Source: a virus
IMG/VR virus record: IMGVR_UViG_3300009008_000009
Location: 1 to 64,000 of that record
Reading direction: 5' to 3' (one strand)
DNA length: 64,000 nucleotides
A program made the translations under genes and the position numbers. Positions 37,920 to 48,066 of the stretch are shown piece by piece. The notes beneath the pieces were generated by a model. The model did not search any database. It had not been told where the DNA came from and saw only the letters and a program-made list of their open reading frames with translations. Within the stretch, counting starts at the first letter, position 1; the number at the start of each line of letters is the position of its first letter.

Positions 37920-38129
37920 TCATCTTCTCAGTTTGATGTATGACTCAATGCAAATTGCTATAAACTTCGCAGCCACTCCACCAATAAATATCCGTGAGCA
38001 CACTGCGGCTGCTAACTGATGTTGATCAGGTACAACATACTGAATTATGAAGAAAGATGCAAAGGACAACACCATGAGAACCGAGGCTGCCCACTCAAAG
38101 ATCTCCATCCATTTACTTCGTATGACCAT
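37920..38129 (-). CDS. Small two-TM membrane protein
   Basis: Two hydrophobic helices. Confidence 0.55.
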   Translation of the reverse strand: MVIRSKWMEIFEWAASVLMVLSFASFFIIQYVVPDQHQLAAAVCSRIFIGGVAAKFIAICIESYIKLRR

Positions 38130-38871
38130 TCATCATCCGGATCAAGTTGCGCTGCACCCCGGCCATGCTCAGTCCACTGGTGTCCTCAACAAACACCTGT
38201 CGACGTGACTTCCGTCTTGGGAAGAAGTGGTCGTACATCTTTCCGCGTTCGACATCCCCGGGGTTCGGTATTTCAATCTGTACGTCAAGTCGACCGGGTC
38301 TCAGTAGTGCTTCAGATACCCCGGCCAGCGCTTCACGGTCGGTGAGCATCCCATCCGGCAAGATCACGCTACCCTTCGGTCGAATCGGCAGGCTGCGACT
38401 GTTGCCCCAACCAAATCCGTGGCTGACCATCACGTTAACCCGATGGTCCTTTCCAAGCTCGGTGTAAACCTCGTCAGCGAACGTGTGAATGGTAGCAAGC
38501 CGAACGCCCTCGGAAACCACAGTGTTCGCAGTCTCTCCGCGAATCTGGCCCAGAGCAGTTTCGAGCTGGTCGATCATTTCAAGAAGGTCGCGCTGGTGAG
38601 TCCAGCGAAGTTCCATGTACCAACCACCCCGGCACGATTCCCAGTTATACCACTTGCCGCCAATGCGGACGTACTTGGGAAACGTGTTCCCGGGGCTAGT
38701 ACGAGTCCGAGAGTTAAATGTAGAACCGATGCACTTCTCGTACACCGCGTTCAACTCATCTGGGTGTTCCCGCACCGCGTTGCGCTGGTAGCAGTGCTTG
38801 CCCTCAAACTCCTGTCGCTGTTCTTGGGTCATACCCGTCTCCTCGCTCACTTTCATCTTCATCAAAGTCAT
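38113..38871 (-). CDS. Hypothetical protein ending in an AAA+ ATPase C-terminal fragment
   Basis: ALLRPGRLDVQIEIPNP (second region of homology) without Walker A/B. Confidence 0.55.
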   Translation of the reverse strand: MTLMKMKVSEETGMTQEQRQEFEGKHCYQRNAVREHPDELNAVYEKCIGSTFNSRTRTSPGNTFPKYVRIGGKWYNWESCRGGWYMELRWTHQRDLLEMIDQLETALGQIRGETANTVVSEGVRLATIHTFADEVYTELGKDHRVNVMVSHGFGWGNSRSLPIRPKGSVILPDGMLTDREALAGVSEALLRPGRLDVQIEIPNPGDVERGKMYDHFFPRRKSRRQVFVEDTSGLSMAGVQRNLIRMMNGHTK

Positions 38872-39322
38872 CCGGAAGTGGAAGAGTGATGTCCATCTTG
38901 GTTAGTGCCAGTGCGTGGTAGCGCTGGGACACGTCAGTGTGCATGATCAGACGGGCACGAATGCACTCGCGAGCGCTCTGATCTTTACAGTGGTCTTCAT
39001 AGGTGTATCCACCAATCACCGCAATGTTGTGAAGATAGATCAGCCAGTCGGCCATCGTCTTGAGAACCGCTTCCTCAATCCGGATCAGTTCATCGACCCC
39101 GTAGCAAAGCTGGGTCTTCATGACTTCGACCGTGTCTCTGCACCACCCTTTTTGACAGGTGTAACCGATCTTGGAGTCACCGCACCAGCCACATAGCTCT
39201 GCTGCTGTGTTGGTGAGTTTCCAGTCCTGCATCCAGTGGTCGATGCGCGTGGGCATCTGACTTCCATGTACCATTTCCATCTCCAATTCCGTCTCAGTAG
39301 TTCTTCTCGTACACAGTAACAC
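38804..39322 (-). CDS. Hypothetical protein with Cys cluster
   Basis: CGWC..C..C. Confidence 0.55.
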   Translation of the reverse strand: MLLCTRRTTETELEMEMVHGSQMPTRIDHWMQDWKLTNTAAELCGWCGDSKIGYTCQKGWCRDTVEVMKTQLCYGVDELIRIEEAVLKTMADWLIYLHNIAVIGGYTYEDHCKDQSARECIRARLIMHTDVSQRYHALALTKMDITLPLPDDFDEDESERGDGYDPRTATGV

Positions 39323-39346
39323 ATCAGCACTCGTAAAGCAACAAGT

Positions 39347-39670
39347 CTATATCTTAAGAGGATCAGATAATGGCATCCAAAGGCAGTGCAATGGATAGTT
39401 AACCACAGTAAGTCCATACTGGTCGGTCAGCTTACCCGTACCTCGATCACGCCAGCGGCTTGCCTTGACCTCACCTATTGTAGGATCGCAAACAGCCCAC
39501 AGCCCGGGACGGTCGGGGACGTTGGTTAATCCCCAGTCCCAGTTCTCCTGCTCAGCGATCTCTCGCCAGTACTCCGTCTCGGTCTTCTGAACAGCCCACA
39601 GGAACATCTTAAAACATTGCCCTGCAAACCATAACCGCAATCGAATATACCACGGTAGCTTTCCCATCAC
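39347..39670 (-). CDS. Hypothetical protein
   Basis: ORF in operon. Confidence 0.55.
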   Translation of the reverse strand: MMGKLPWYIRLRLWFAGQCFKMFLWAVQKTETEYWREIAEQENWDWGLTNVPDRPGLWAVCDPTIGEVKASRWRDRGTGKLTDQYGLTVVNYPLHCLWMPLSDPLKI

Positions 39671-39682
39671 TCATCCACCAGT

Positions 39683-39955
39683 TTCTTAATCTCCGTCGGT
39701 GTCCACCTCAACAAGAACCCAACGATCAACATTATCATCGTTCTTGATCAAGCGAGCTGCGATCACTTCACAGCACGCACCACACTGAAACTCATCATCT
39801 TCTTCGCAGGAACCCGACTCGTACTCTTCCCCACAGACAGGGCACTGTACCAAGTGACTATTCGTCATCGGTGTTCTCCTTTGTATGCCGAAACCAACGA
39901 TGATAATGTTGATCGTTGGGTTCTTGTTGAGGTGGACACCGACGGAGATTAAGAA
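39683..39955. repeat. Perfect 60-bp inverted repeat (39683-39742 and 39896-39955), 153-bp spacer
   Basis: TTCTTAATCTCCGTCGGTGTCC...ATTATCATCGTT and its exact reverse complement. Confidence 0.92.
39686..39868 (-). CDS. Small acidic Zn-ribbon protein
   Basis: AGGAG RBS; CPVC...CGAC. Confidence 0.6.
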   Translation of the reverse strand: MTNSHLVQCPVCGEEYESGSCEEDDEFQCGACCEVIAARLIKNDDNVDRWVLVEVDTDGD

Positions 39956-40709
39956 TTTGTTCATCTTGTTTATTTATTCGCTTCTCTGCTATCTTGAAGT
40001 ACGTTTCATCAAGTTCGATTCCGATGAAGTCCCGGTTGAGGTTCTTACATGCTACTCCTGTTGTTCCGCTTCCCATTGTGAAATCTAATACCGTTTCACC
40101 CTCATTAGTGTATGTCTTGATTAGGTATTCCATCAGGGCAACTGGTTTTTGGGTTGGGTGTAATTTATTCCCTTTTGGTGTGTTTGATACACTATTAAAA
40201 AATAATACACTTTTAGGGTTTACTCTGTTTGGGTCATATTGCTTAGCTTCTTGCTTACCCAAAGAAATATGGTTACTTGAACTTTTAGACTGTATTGGTT
40301 TTTTTGCCCTAACCTTACCTGTGTCCGACCTCTCTCTCATAATTTTATTGTATGTTGGCTTTCCTTTTTTTATAAAAACTGAAATCATTTCGTGATACTT
40401 CATCGGCATAAATGAGCTTGTAGCCATACCTGTAGGCATTGATTTTTCCCAAATCCAATCATACTTATAGTTCTTAATATTACTCATCCTCAAAGCACTA
40501 CTAAAAGGCTCGCTCCCAAACAAAACAATAGCCCCGTTCGGTTTAATAATCCGCTTCAACTGCTCCCACATAAGTTCCAAGGGAATGATGCTGTCCCACT
40601 TACAAGCTGTAGTTCCGTATGGCGGGTCGCATATCACGGCATCTATGCTGCCCGTTTCAATGTCCTTCATCTTCTCAAGACAATCGCCATGTATTAAGTC
40701 TATTTTCAT
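39858..40709 (-). CDS. DNA N6A/N4C methyltransferase (beta class)
   Basis: GDCLE, CDPPYG, HPTQKPVAL, VLDFTMGSGTTG; AT-rich. Confidence 0.92.
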   Translation of the reverse strand: MKIDLIHGDCLEKMKDIETGSIDAVICDPPYGTTACKWDSIIPLELMWEQLKRIIKPNGAIVLFGSEPFSSALRMSNIKNYKYDWIWEKSMPTGMATSSFMPMKYHEMISVFIKKGKPTYNKIMRERSDTGKVRAKKPIQSKSSSNHISLGKQEAKQYDPNRVNPKSVLFFNSVSNTPKGNKLHPTQKPVALMEYLIKTYTNEGETVLDFTMGSGTTGVACKNLNRDFIGIELDETYFKIAEKRINKQDEQILNLRRCPPQQEPNDQHYHRWFRHTKENTDDE

Positions 40710-40710
40710 T

Positions 40711-41496
40711 TTATATATCCATTCTTATTTGTTCATATGGAATTCTCCGGTGACCCAGCCGGTTGAACTCAACTCCTTGTTTATTTATTCGCTTCTCTGC
40801 TATCTTGAAGTACGTTTCATCAAGTTCTATGCCGATGAAGTTTCTGTTTGTGTTTTTACATGCTACTCCAGTTGTGCCGCTTCCCATTGTGAAATCTAAA
40901 ACTGTCTCGCCTTCGTTAGTGTATGTTTTAATTAGGTATTCCATAAGCGCAACAGGCTTTTGTGTGGGGTGTAGTCCTCTTTCTTGCTTAAAGTCGATCA
41001 CCCGCTTCGGTAACCTATCCCCGTTGTTTATTGTCGTTGTCTCCCGAAATACGGCCCCATTCAGCTCGTTCAGCCTGTGTTTTTTATCCCGTTTAACGGT
41101 ATACGGCTTGCCCGGCTCTTTTTGGGGGTTATACATAGTTTTTCCAGATGAGAAAACCACGACGTCCTCGACATCATTTAAAGGCCGAATTTTAGCCATA
41201 AACGGGTCGACCCCTTGAGGTTTACGGTAAACCCAACAATATCTAAACATCTTCATATTGGAAGCAATCAGCGTTGTAGTAAATGGCTGGCTTGCCGTCA
41301 TAACAATAGCACCGTTCGGTTTAATGACCCGCTTCAACTGCTCCCACATCGGCTCTAAAGGGATAACTGAGTCCCACTTACAAGCGGTTGTCCCATAAGG
41401 GGGGTCAGTAATAATAGCATCTACTACTACACCCCCGGCTATAAGCCTATCCATAACCTCTAAGCAATCACCCCGCATCAAGTCAATCTTTAACAT
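40711..41496 (-). CDS. DNA N6A/N4C methyltransferase (beta class), tandem paralog
   Basis: TDPPYG, HPTQKPVAL, VLDFTMGSGTTG. Confidence 0.92.
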   Translation of the reverse strand: MLKIDLMRGDCLEVMDRLIAGGVVVDAIITDPPYGTTACKWDSVIPLEPMWEQLKRVIKPNGAIVMTASQPFTTTLIASNMKMFRYCWVYRKPQGVDPFMAKIRPLNDVEDVVVFSSGKTMYNPQKEPGKPYTVKRDKKHRLNELNGAVFRETTTINNGDRLPKRVIDFKQERGLHPTQKPVALMEYLIKTYTNEGETVLDFTMGSGTTGVACKNTNRNFIGIELDETYFKIAEKRINKQGVEFNRLGHRRIPYEQIRMDI

Positions 41497-41529
41497 CTTT
41501 TTATCTTTGTAAAAAATCCTGCTGCCATA

Positions 41530-41558
41530 AGTATAGCAATGTTTATCTTAGAATGCAA
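41530..41558 (-). promoter_or_regulatory. Promoter TTGCAT-N17-TATACT
   Basis: 17-bp spacing upstream of the MTase pair. Confidence 0.65.
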
Positions 41559-42336
41559 TGTCATACTTCTGGCTCAGCAGATCCTTCATCCACTTCACCA
41601 TCACGACGGTGGCGTTGATACCAGCACCAGCCCGTTCCCACTGCCAGCGGTGGGTCTCGTCAATGTCCGGAGCCCAGTCAACCGTAACGAACCGGGTGTC
41701 GTTGGTGTCGCTGACCCACGCCTCCTCAAAGGCTGCGGGGTCATCGTTGAGCGTGGTAATGACCGGTTGGCCACGGTGGCCCATAACCTTCGCTACAGTT
41801 TGAATGAACCGGCGTCCTTCCGCGTGACGGGACTTACCGTCACCGTCAAAGTCGCGTAGGGAATTGATCTTCAGGACATGAGTCTTATGTGTTGGACGAT
41901 CCTCAGTCGGGTCCAAGGCTCCGCAGTTCACCGGACAAATGGCAAAGAACAGATCGCTGTAGTGCAGAGCAATACGAGTGATCATACCCGCTCCCTGACT
42001 GTGGCCGCATGCCATCACCAAATTGGTGGTCAGGTTCTTAAACTTCTTCAGCCGCTTCTTGAAGTCCTCAGTCGCATTCACGATGTACTGTTGGTCGTGG
42101 CCCGTTCCCCACGATGGCCCTTTCGAATATGGCAGGAAGATGGGGACGTGATATTCATCGGCGACGCGTTTCAACTGTGTGGAATTGAAGAATGCCTCGC
42201 TCGTACCGTTCGCACCGTGGAACCCACCCAGCGCAACACCAACCAACGAACCTTCTGGAATGTACGCATCGTAGGGTCGCATACGACCGATGCCCATACC
42301 GTCATCACACTCAAACTGCAGTAGGCCGTTGCCCAT
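41548..42336 (-). CDS. Alpha/beta hydrolase (PHB depolymerase/esterase-like)
   Basis: FHG oxyanion motif, GHSQGAG nucleophile elbow, D and H catalytic candidates. Confidence 0.75.
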   Translation of the reverse strand: MGNGLLQFECDDGMGIGRMRPYDAYIPEGSLVGVALGGFHGANGTSEAFFNSTQLKRVADEYHVPIFLPYSKGPSWGTGHDQQYIVNATEDFKKRLKKFKNLTTNLVMACGHSQGAGMITRIALHYSDLFFAICPVNCGALDPTEDRPTHKTHVLKINSLRDFDGDGKSRHAEGRRFIQTVAKVMGHRGQPVITTLNDDPAAFEEAWVSDTNDTRFVTVDWAPDIDETHRWQWERAGAGINATVVMVKWMKDLLSQKYDIAF

Positions 42337-42393
42337 GTCCAGATCTCCTAGTTGTCTGGTAGCTGGTACCAGAGGTAATTTCCGCGCTGGAAG

Positions 42394-42669
42394 TTAGTAA
42401 GAAAATACCCCAAACGCCACTGCGTCGTCTGAACTCACCGCCTTGAAGTGCGCAACGCTCTCCACGCCGTTCGGCTGTGAGCTGTCGCGCATGCGCATCT
42501 CTCCATCATCATCTAGTTTCTGTACGGAGAGGGTACCTTCGCCAACAAACAGCCACAGGGACTTAGGCCAGCGCTTTGCCAACCGCTCCAACGTATTGAT
42601 TGCGTTGCGTTCTTCCTTGGTGAGTTCTACATCCATCGGTATTGTCTCCGTTAACACACCTCCGGCCAC
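42394..42669 (-). CDS. Hypothetical protein
   Basis: LERLAKRWPKSLWLF phage motif. Confidence 0.55.
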   Translation of the reverse strand: MAGGVLTETIPMDVELTKEERNAINTLERLAKRWPKSLWLFVGEGTLSVQKLDDDGEMRMRDSSQPNGVESVAHFKAVSSDDAVAFGVFSY

Positions 42670-43274
42670 AGGTCATGTTCAATAACGACGTCCTCCAGCC
42701 ACGGTCGGGTGTAACTCCACATTGGACAGCCGTCGCAGTCGTGCCAAACACGGATACGCATTACCATCCCGGGCTCAATAGACCCACGGTCATTCTTCAA
42801 GACATCAATATCTTCAGGAGTGAACTTGTTGTATTCATCATATGGCTCGCCGTCCTCGTCCCAGTCCAGACCCCACTCCAACGCCAGCGACGCTGAACAG
42901 TCGTGCCGCTCGGACGCAATCACCAGTGTAGTTGGTGGGTACTTCGTCCGCTGGGATGTTGGGGTTGTCTCCAGCCTCATATTCATCTAGAAGCCGCTGG
43001 TAAGCAGGGCCATACTTCTTCTTGTACTCCGCCTCGGTAATCATCTCCGCCGTCCTCGGTCAGTAAGCTCTTCTACTGTAGTCTGGGATTCAGTGAGTTC
43101 CGACATTATGCGTACCTACCCAGCTTCACACGGCCCGAACATCTTCATCACCCAACAGTCATGACCACAGTCTTGGCTCGGATGCGGGTAACTTGCACTT
43201 ACGTGCCACACAGTAAAAGAGCTGAACATCGTAATGTCAATGATAACACTTATAGATGGTTCGAGTCAACCTCT

Positions 43275-43793
43275 CTATCTCCGGTTGTCCTTGATCCATA
43301 GCTCCGAGTCACTCCATACCTCATCGAACTTATCGGACACGTACCGCACGCGCTCGTTGATAAGGTCGGTTAACTTGGTAATGTAGAACTGCTCAGCACT
43401 CGCTGCATCCTTGCCGTACGTGAACCGCACCAGCTTCAGGAACCGATCCCAGAACAACATTGAGCTGTCCGGCTGCGCTGGTAGGAAGTGAGTTATAGAA
43501 CCAATGACGTCGGGCGCTGGAACCTGCGGTGCTGGTGTGTCGCCCACTGGCTGGCTCGGCGAACCGTTGAGCAGATAGTCATCTATCATGTCGTAGGCTT
43601 TCTGACGCACCTGCTTCATGATCTCACGTACCTCATCCTTGAACTGGGCAGACCGCTGGGACTCCCTACCTAACGACATGGATGCCCAGTCATAGATACG
43701 GATCTGAATCCCTCGGACGGTGTATGCGATGATGTTACGCTCAACCTCACCCGGGTTGAATGTAGTTTCTGTACGCTTCTTCAACATTGGCAT
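43275..43793 (-). CDS. Hypothetical protein
   Basis: 172 aa ORF. Confidence 0.6.
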   Translation of the reverse strand: MPMLKKRTETTFNPGEVERNIIAYTVRGIQIRIYDWASMSLGRESQRSAQFKDEVREIMKQVRQKAYDMIDDYLLNGSPSQPVGDTPAPQVPAPDVIGSITHFLPAQPDSSMLFWDRFLKLVRFTYGKDAASAEQFYITKLTDLINERVRYVSDKFDEVWSDSELWIKDNRR

Positions 43794-43898
43794 GTTCTTA
43801 TGGTTAGTGGTCAGCGCCTGTAATGCTTCATGAGTGCTGCCAGTCTTACTGAATCGCTTGTTCTACTGTCACCTGTCAATCCTCCTAGTAGTACTTTG

Positions 43899-44234
43899 TC
43901 AGCCTTGCTTACAGGGCTGACGTGGAGATCCTGCTGTGTCCCAAGATACACCAACACTGGGGTTCTGCAGTGCCCCAAAGTAGATGCGTACGTCCTCGTA
44001 CCCACGGGTTTCCTCCACGACGCCGCCCTTCCCTATTGATGCGAAGGTTAGATTCACATCCGTCACAATGTACCCATCGGTGTCGGGGTGTAGGACAAAT
44101 CCCATGATCTCCATCTTGGAGCAGCGTGGGACGATGTTATTGTTTCCATCAACAACATGAATGTTGGTAATGTCTATCGCACCTGATGGTAGCCCGGTGA
44201 GATGAATATGCTTTATCGACTCTGGGAATTCCAT
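43899..44234 (-). CDS. Hypothetical protein
   Basis: GGAG RBS. Confidence 0.55.
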   Translation of the reverse strand: MEFPESIKHIHLTGLPSGAIDITNIHVVDGNNNIVPRCSKMEIMGFVLHPDTDGYIVTDVNLTFASIGKGGVVEETRGYEDVRIYFGALQNPSVGVSWDTAGSPRQPCKQG

Positions 44235-44247
44235 CTCCGACCCCGTC

Positions 44248-44985
44248 TCAGTACCCCGGATCTACCCTGAACTGCTGATTCGCTTCATCACCTGCGTTCG
44301 CGATACCATCGATGAGGTTGTACGTCACCGTGAACATGATCAGGGCCTCGGGGATGCCGCTGTCGAGCACTGGCCCTGCGAGGTTCTTCAGTCCCTCAAG
44401 CGCTACGCCTGCGTCGTTGACCTGTGCCCTGCGCTCACGGAGGATGTATACGTTTACGTCGGTCGGATGAGCTATCAGCTCCAGCATGTTCTCATACCGA
44501 GCAAGCCTGAGTGCGCCGTTAGTCTCACCATCCTCATTGGCCTTCGTGGCAATGAGGAGATTACCATCTACATCAATCTCGTATACCTCACCAACCACAC
44601 CGGGAAGTCGACTGCGGACAGTGTTCTTACCTGACCCGTCGAACAACCCACGGATACGATCAGCAATCGCGGTCAGAGAATGCTGACTCTCGTCTGCTGT
44701 GTCACGCAGCTCTGCGGTCAGTCTCTCAGTCGCACGCTTATGGACATGCGCATGAGTCATCGAGGATTCAATAACATTGTACGCCCGCTGAGCTGCTACC
44801 TTACGCGGATCGTCGTTGGGGAAGATCGCGCTCTCGTCAACCAGCACGTCCTTCAACCGGGCGATACACGCGTCGTACAGTCCCCACGCCGGGTTAAGCC
44901 TTGCAATTAGCTCTTGGAGCGTGGTTGCCCCGGCTACTGCGGCCTTGAGCTCGTTACTCACTGCTGTCTGCGTCATCCTTCGCAT
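44248..44985 (-). CDS. Hypothetical protein
   Basis: 245 aa ORF. Confidence 0.65.
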   Translation of the reverse strand: MRRMTQTAVSNELKAAVAGATTLQELIARLNPAWGLYDACIARLKDVLVDESAIFPNDDPRKVAAQRAYNVIESSMTHAHVHKRATERLTAELRDTADESQHSLTAIADRIRGLFDGSGKNTVRSRLPGVVGEVYEIDVDGNLLIATKANEDGETNGALRLARYENMLELIAHPTDVNVYILRERRAQVNDAGVALEGLKNLAGPVLDSGIPEALIMFTVTYNLIDGIANAGDEANQQFRVDPGY

Positions 44986-45193
44986 CTCCCTGCGTCTCGT
45001 CCTTCTCCGGCGCTTCCGCCTCTGTATCGGCTTTCTTCTGGGGGTCTACAACCAGTGTACCCACCCCGTGTTTACGCATCACCATCTTTCACTCCTGAAA
45101 ATATTCATGTATCCGCTGTGTGCCGCACGTGTACTAAGTTGAAGGTCTACATCTACCCTGTGCTGGTTTTCCGTTTCGTTGTAAATTAACAGG

Positions 45194-45703
45194 TTAATCT
45201 TTCTTTTCCCGTATGGTCTTCACATTCACAACGCTACGGTCTGCGCGAATACGCTCTTCCTTGACTACTGAATTATAGGAGTTAAGTGCATCGGGCCGTG
45301 CCTCGAGTACACGATCAAGATGATCCTTGTCAATAATAAGCCAATTCACGGCCCATCGCAAGAACTGTCCCATGTGATCGGTCGGCAGTAAGCATGCGCT
45401 TGTTGCGACTGTGTTGGGGCTGTGGAACAGTTCAAGAACCTTCTCCTGCCTTATACCGCGTGGGTCTTTGAACTTGACATTGTGCGCTGCTGCTACATGC
45501 ACGATACGGCGTAGGTTCTGCGGCATGGTCACTATGATTGGCTCATCGATTATCTTGTCGACCACGGTGCCGCACGGGATCACAGGTAAGGGTGACATGT
45601 CCTTCTGGAAACCGCATGCGACAAAGTCACGGAACGCACTGATCTCGAACGGGCCGGTGGTGCTTTGTAAAACGATGAGTTGGAGTCTGAATTTGTCGGC
45701 CAT
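45194..45703 (-). CDS. Hypothetical protein
   Basis: Coupled ORF. Confidence 0.6.
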   Translation of the reverse strand: MADKFRLQLIVLQSTTGPFEISAFRDFVACGFQKDMSPLPVIPCGTVVDKIIDEPIIVTMPQNLRRIVHVAAAHNVKFKDPRGIRQEKVLELFHSPNTVATSACLLPTDHMGQFLRWAVNWLIIDKDHLDRVLEARPDALNSYNSVVKEERIRADRSVVNVKTIREKKD

Positions 45704-45704
45704 A

Positions 45705-46634
45705 TCACACGCTGTCCTGTATAATAGTCACAGGTGGGCTTAGTAAGGTCTTCGGCAACTTATCTCGTGCAAGACCTACACAGCTACTGTCCAGTTCGAA
45801 CAAGAGATAGTGACGTCGTCTGTTTCTTGCAACCACCCCGGTAGTACCGGTTCCAGCAAACGGATCGAAAACAATACCACCCTCCGGGCTCCCGGCCAGT
45901 ACCATAGGTTCAATAAGTGATTCTGGATACACAGCTACGTGGCCAGCCTGTTTAGAGTTTGGTGGAACGGTCCACACCGACCTCTTCCTCCGCTTACCAT
46001 TTGCCGCCCACGTGCGCTTGTTGTCAGCGTACTGGTGGTTAAATCCTTCCTTACCCCGAGCCATTGGACCAACTGCGCGACGTTTAACGGTGTCTGGATG
46101 AGCTTGCATTCGCTGTGGTCCCTTTACCGCTGGTTCTTGTATGGCCTCATAGTCAAAGTAGTACTTGGAGCTTTTGCTGAACATGAATATGTACTCATGA
46201 GATCTTACACATCTGTCTTTCACCATTTCAGGCATTGGGTTTGGCTTATGCCATATGTCGTCTTGGCGGAGGTACCAACCTGACGCTCGGAGTGCAAGTG
46301 CAAGTGTCCATGGTATCCCAATAAGATCTTTAACCTTTATGTCACCACCGACACCTCTCTTTGACGACGCATACGTATCCCCAATTACAACCCATAGTGT
46401 TCCGTCTGACATGAGCACCCGTTTTACTTCTGTAAATAGATCTACAAGATAGTTAATAAATTCTTCTGGAGTGGGCTCAAGTCCAATCTGCCCGGAAACT
46501 TGGTAGTCACGTAACCCGTAGTACGGAGGGCTGGTAACGCACATGTTAATAGACTCATCCGGTAGCTTCTTAGTGAGTTGTAGTGCATCACCTATGACCA
46601 TAGAGTCACGTATAAATGGATTTAACGTTAGCAT
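45705..46634 (-). CDS. DNA N4C/N6A methyltransferase
   Basis: TSPPYYGLRDY, WHKPNPMPE, FDPFAGTGTTG. Confidence 0.92.
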   Translation of the reverse strand: MLTLNPFIRDSMVIGDALQLTKKLPDESINMCVTSPPYYGLRDYQVSGQIGLEPTPEEFINYLVDLFTEVKRVLMSDGTLWVVIGDTYASSKRGVGGDIKVKDLIGIPWTLALALRASGWYLRQDDIWHKPNPMPEMVKDRCVRSHEYIFMFSKSSKYYFDYEAIQEPAVKGPQRMQAHPDTVKRRAVGPMARGKEGFNHQYADNKRTWAANGKRRKRSVWTVPPNSKQAGHVAVYPESLIEPMVLAGSPEGGIVFDPFAGTGTTGVVARNRRRHYLLFELDSSCVGLARDKLPKTLLSPPVTIIQDSV

Positions 46635-46818
46635 TTCCCCACCATAAACGGGTGAGTAACCTTGACCGTAACCTTACCATCTGCGTCCGGATGTGAGCAC
46701 TCTGTGCTCGGCTCAGTCTTCTGGAAGTCCTTATGCCCGGGTGCGAACTTGAAACCAGTCAGCCGCACACTATCTGATAGCAGTCCAAAGCCCGACGTTC
46801 CCGGGGCAATGCGTAGCT

Positions 46819-48066
46819 TTACGCCCACGCTGCCGTCCTCGGGGCGTTGAGCTGTGGCTCCGGCTCCCACTCCCTGAAGTCGTCCCATCGCGGTATCTCC
46901 TGTACAGGGTCCGGGTGGTCTGGGTCACCTTCCATGATTGCCTCATAGAACTTCCTACGGGCTGGGTTCCACGCTGTTGCATCGTACCGTGCCCGGATGA
47001 ACTTATGGAGGAGATGCCCCTTGTGGTCTCGCAACATTGGATCTTCGATAAGCGGTGCGAGGGCCTTGGTCCATTCAATCGTACTCGGGTTTGCTGACAC
47101 CCACTCAACGATGTCCTCGTTGCCCTCCATGGCGAACGTGTACGGCTGTGCGCTTGAAACTACCGACGCTACACCGTAGGCACCGAACTCCAGTAACTTG
47201 AGCTCGGACTTGGACCTGTTAAACTCGTCGTCCTCCAACGGCACCACCCCTACGTCGAAGTGAGAATACAACCATCCGTACTCGCTGATCGGCAGGGCAC
47301 GCAAGATGCGCTGGCCGTCTGCGGGGATATCGGAAAGAAGTACATCACGCATTGCGTTCCAGACTGTCTCGTGCTCTTCCATCTTACGCTGGGTGAGATT
47401 GCCCAGCTCGTCTTGGTATGCGTACGTTCCCCGGATGTCAAACCCGCCGATGCAGTAAACGACGTCTGGACCATACTGCTTGTACATGGTCGAGAACACG
47501 TTACGCAGCAGGCTGATGTCCTTGAGGTGAGAGCTACCACCTGCCCAGCCTACGTAGGTCACCGGCGACGTGATCCTCGGGTAACGCCACATGGGCTCAA
47601 CCCAGTCGAGGCAGTTCGGGAAGACGTACACCTTGCCACCTCCACCGTGCTCAAATAACCGGTCGCGTAGGTACGGGGTTGTAGTCGTAGCGTAATCGGC
47701 CAGTGCAAGGTTAGCCTTGATCTTCTCCGGGATGCCGTGCTCTTTGTAGCTATGGAATAGGCCGTGGTGTGTCGGCAGCGCGATATCATTATCATCGTTG
47801 TCGTAGACGAGCTTGATACCCTTGTCCTTCGCGGCCAGCATCAACGGGTGGTTGAGATCGACCATCCCCTGCTTATCGTCCTGATGCATACGTGTCCGCT
47901 GGGTCACCAGAATGTCAACACCATCTAAGTCCTCAATCGTCGGCTGGTGGTGGATGATCACATTGATATCAGTGTACTCACCCAACTTCCGCCCGGGCTG
48001 AATCATGCGGTAGTAACCGCAGCCAGCGTTATCGGACGGTACGAACATGATGGTGAACTTAGTCAT
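46819..48066 (-). CDS. Glycosyltransferase (GT-B, phage type)
   Basis: GCGYYRM..P, VYDNDD, VGWAGGSSHLKD, FNRSKSELKLLE. Confidence 0.85.
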   Translation of the reverse strand: MTKFTIMFVPSDNAGCGYYRMIQPGRKLGEYTDINVIIHHQPTIEDLDGVDILVTQRTRMHQDDKQGMVDLNHPLMLAAKDKGIKLVYDNDDNDIALPTHHGLFHSYKEHGIPEKIKANLALADYATTTTPYLRDRLFEHGGGGKVYVFPNCLDWVEPMWRYPRITSPVTYVGWAGGSSHLKDISLLRNVFSTMYKQYGPDVVYCIGGFDIRGTYAYQDELGNLTQRKMEEHETVWNAMRDVLLSDIPADGQRILRALPISEYGWLYSHFDVGVVPLEDDEFNRSKSELKLLEFGAYGVASVVSSAQPYTFAMEGNEDIVEWVSANPSTIEWTKALAPLIEDPMLRDHKGHLLHKFIRARYDATAWNPARRKFYEAIMEGDPDHPDPVQEIPRWDDFREWEPEPQLNAPRTAAWA

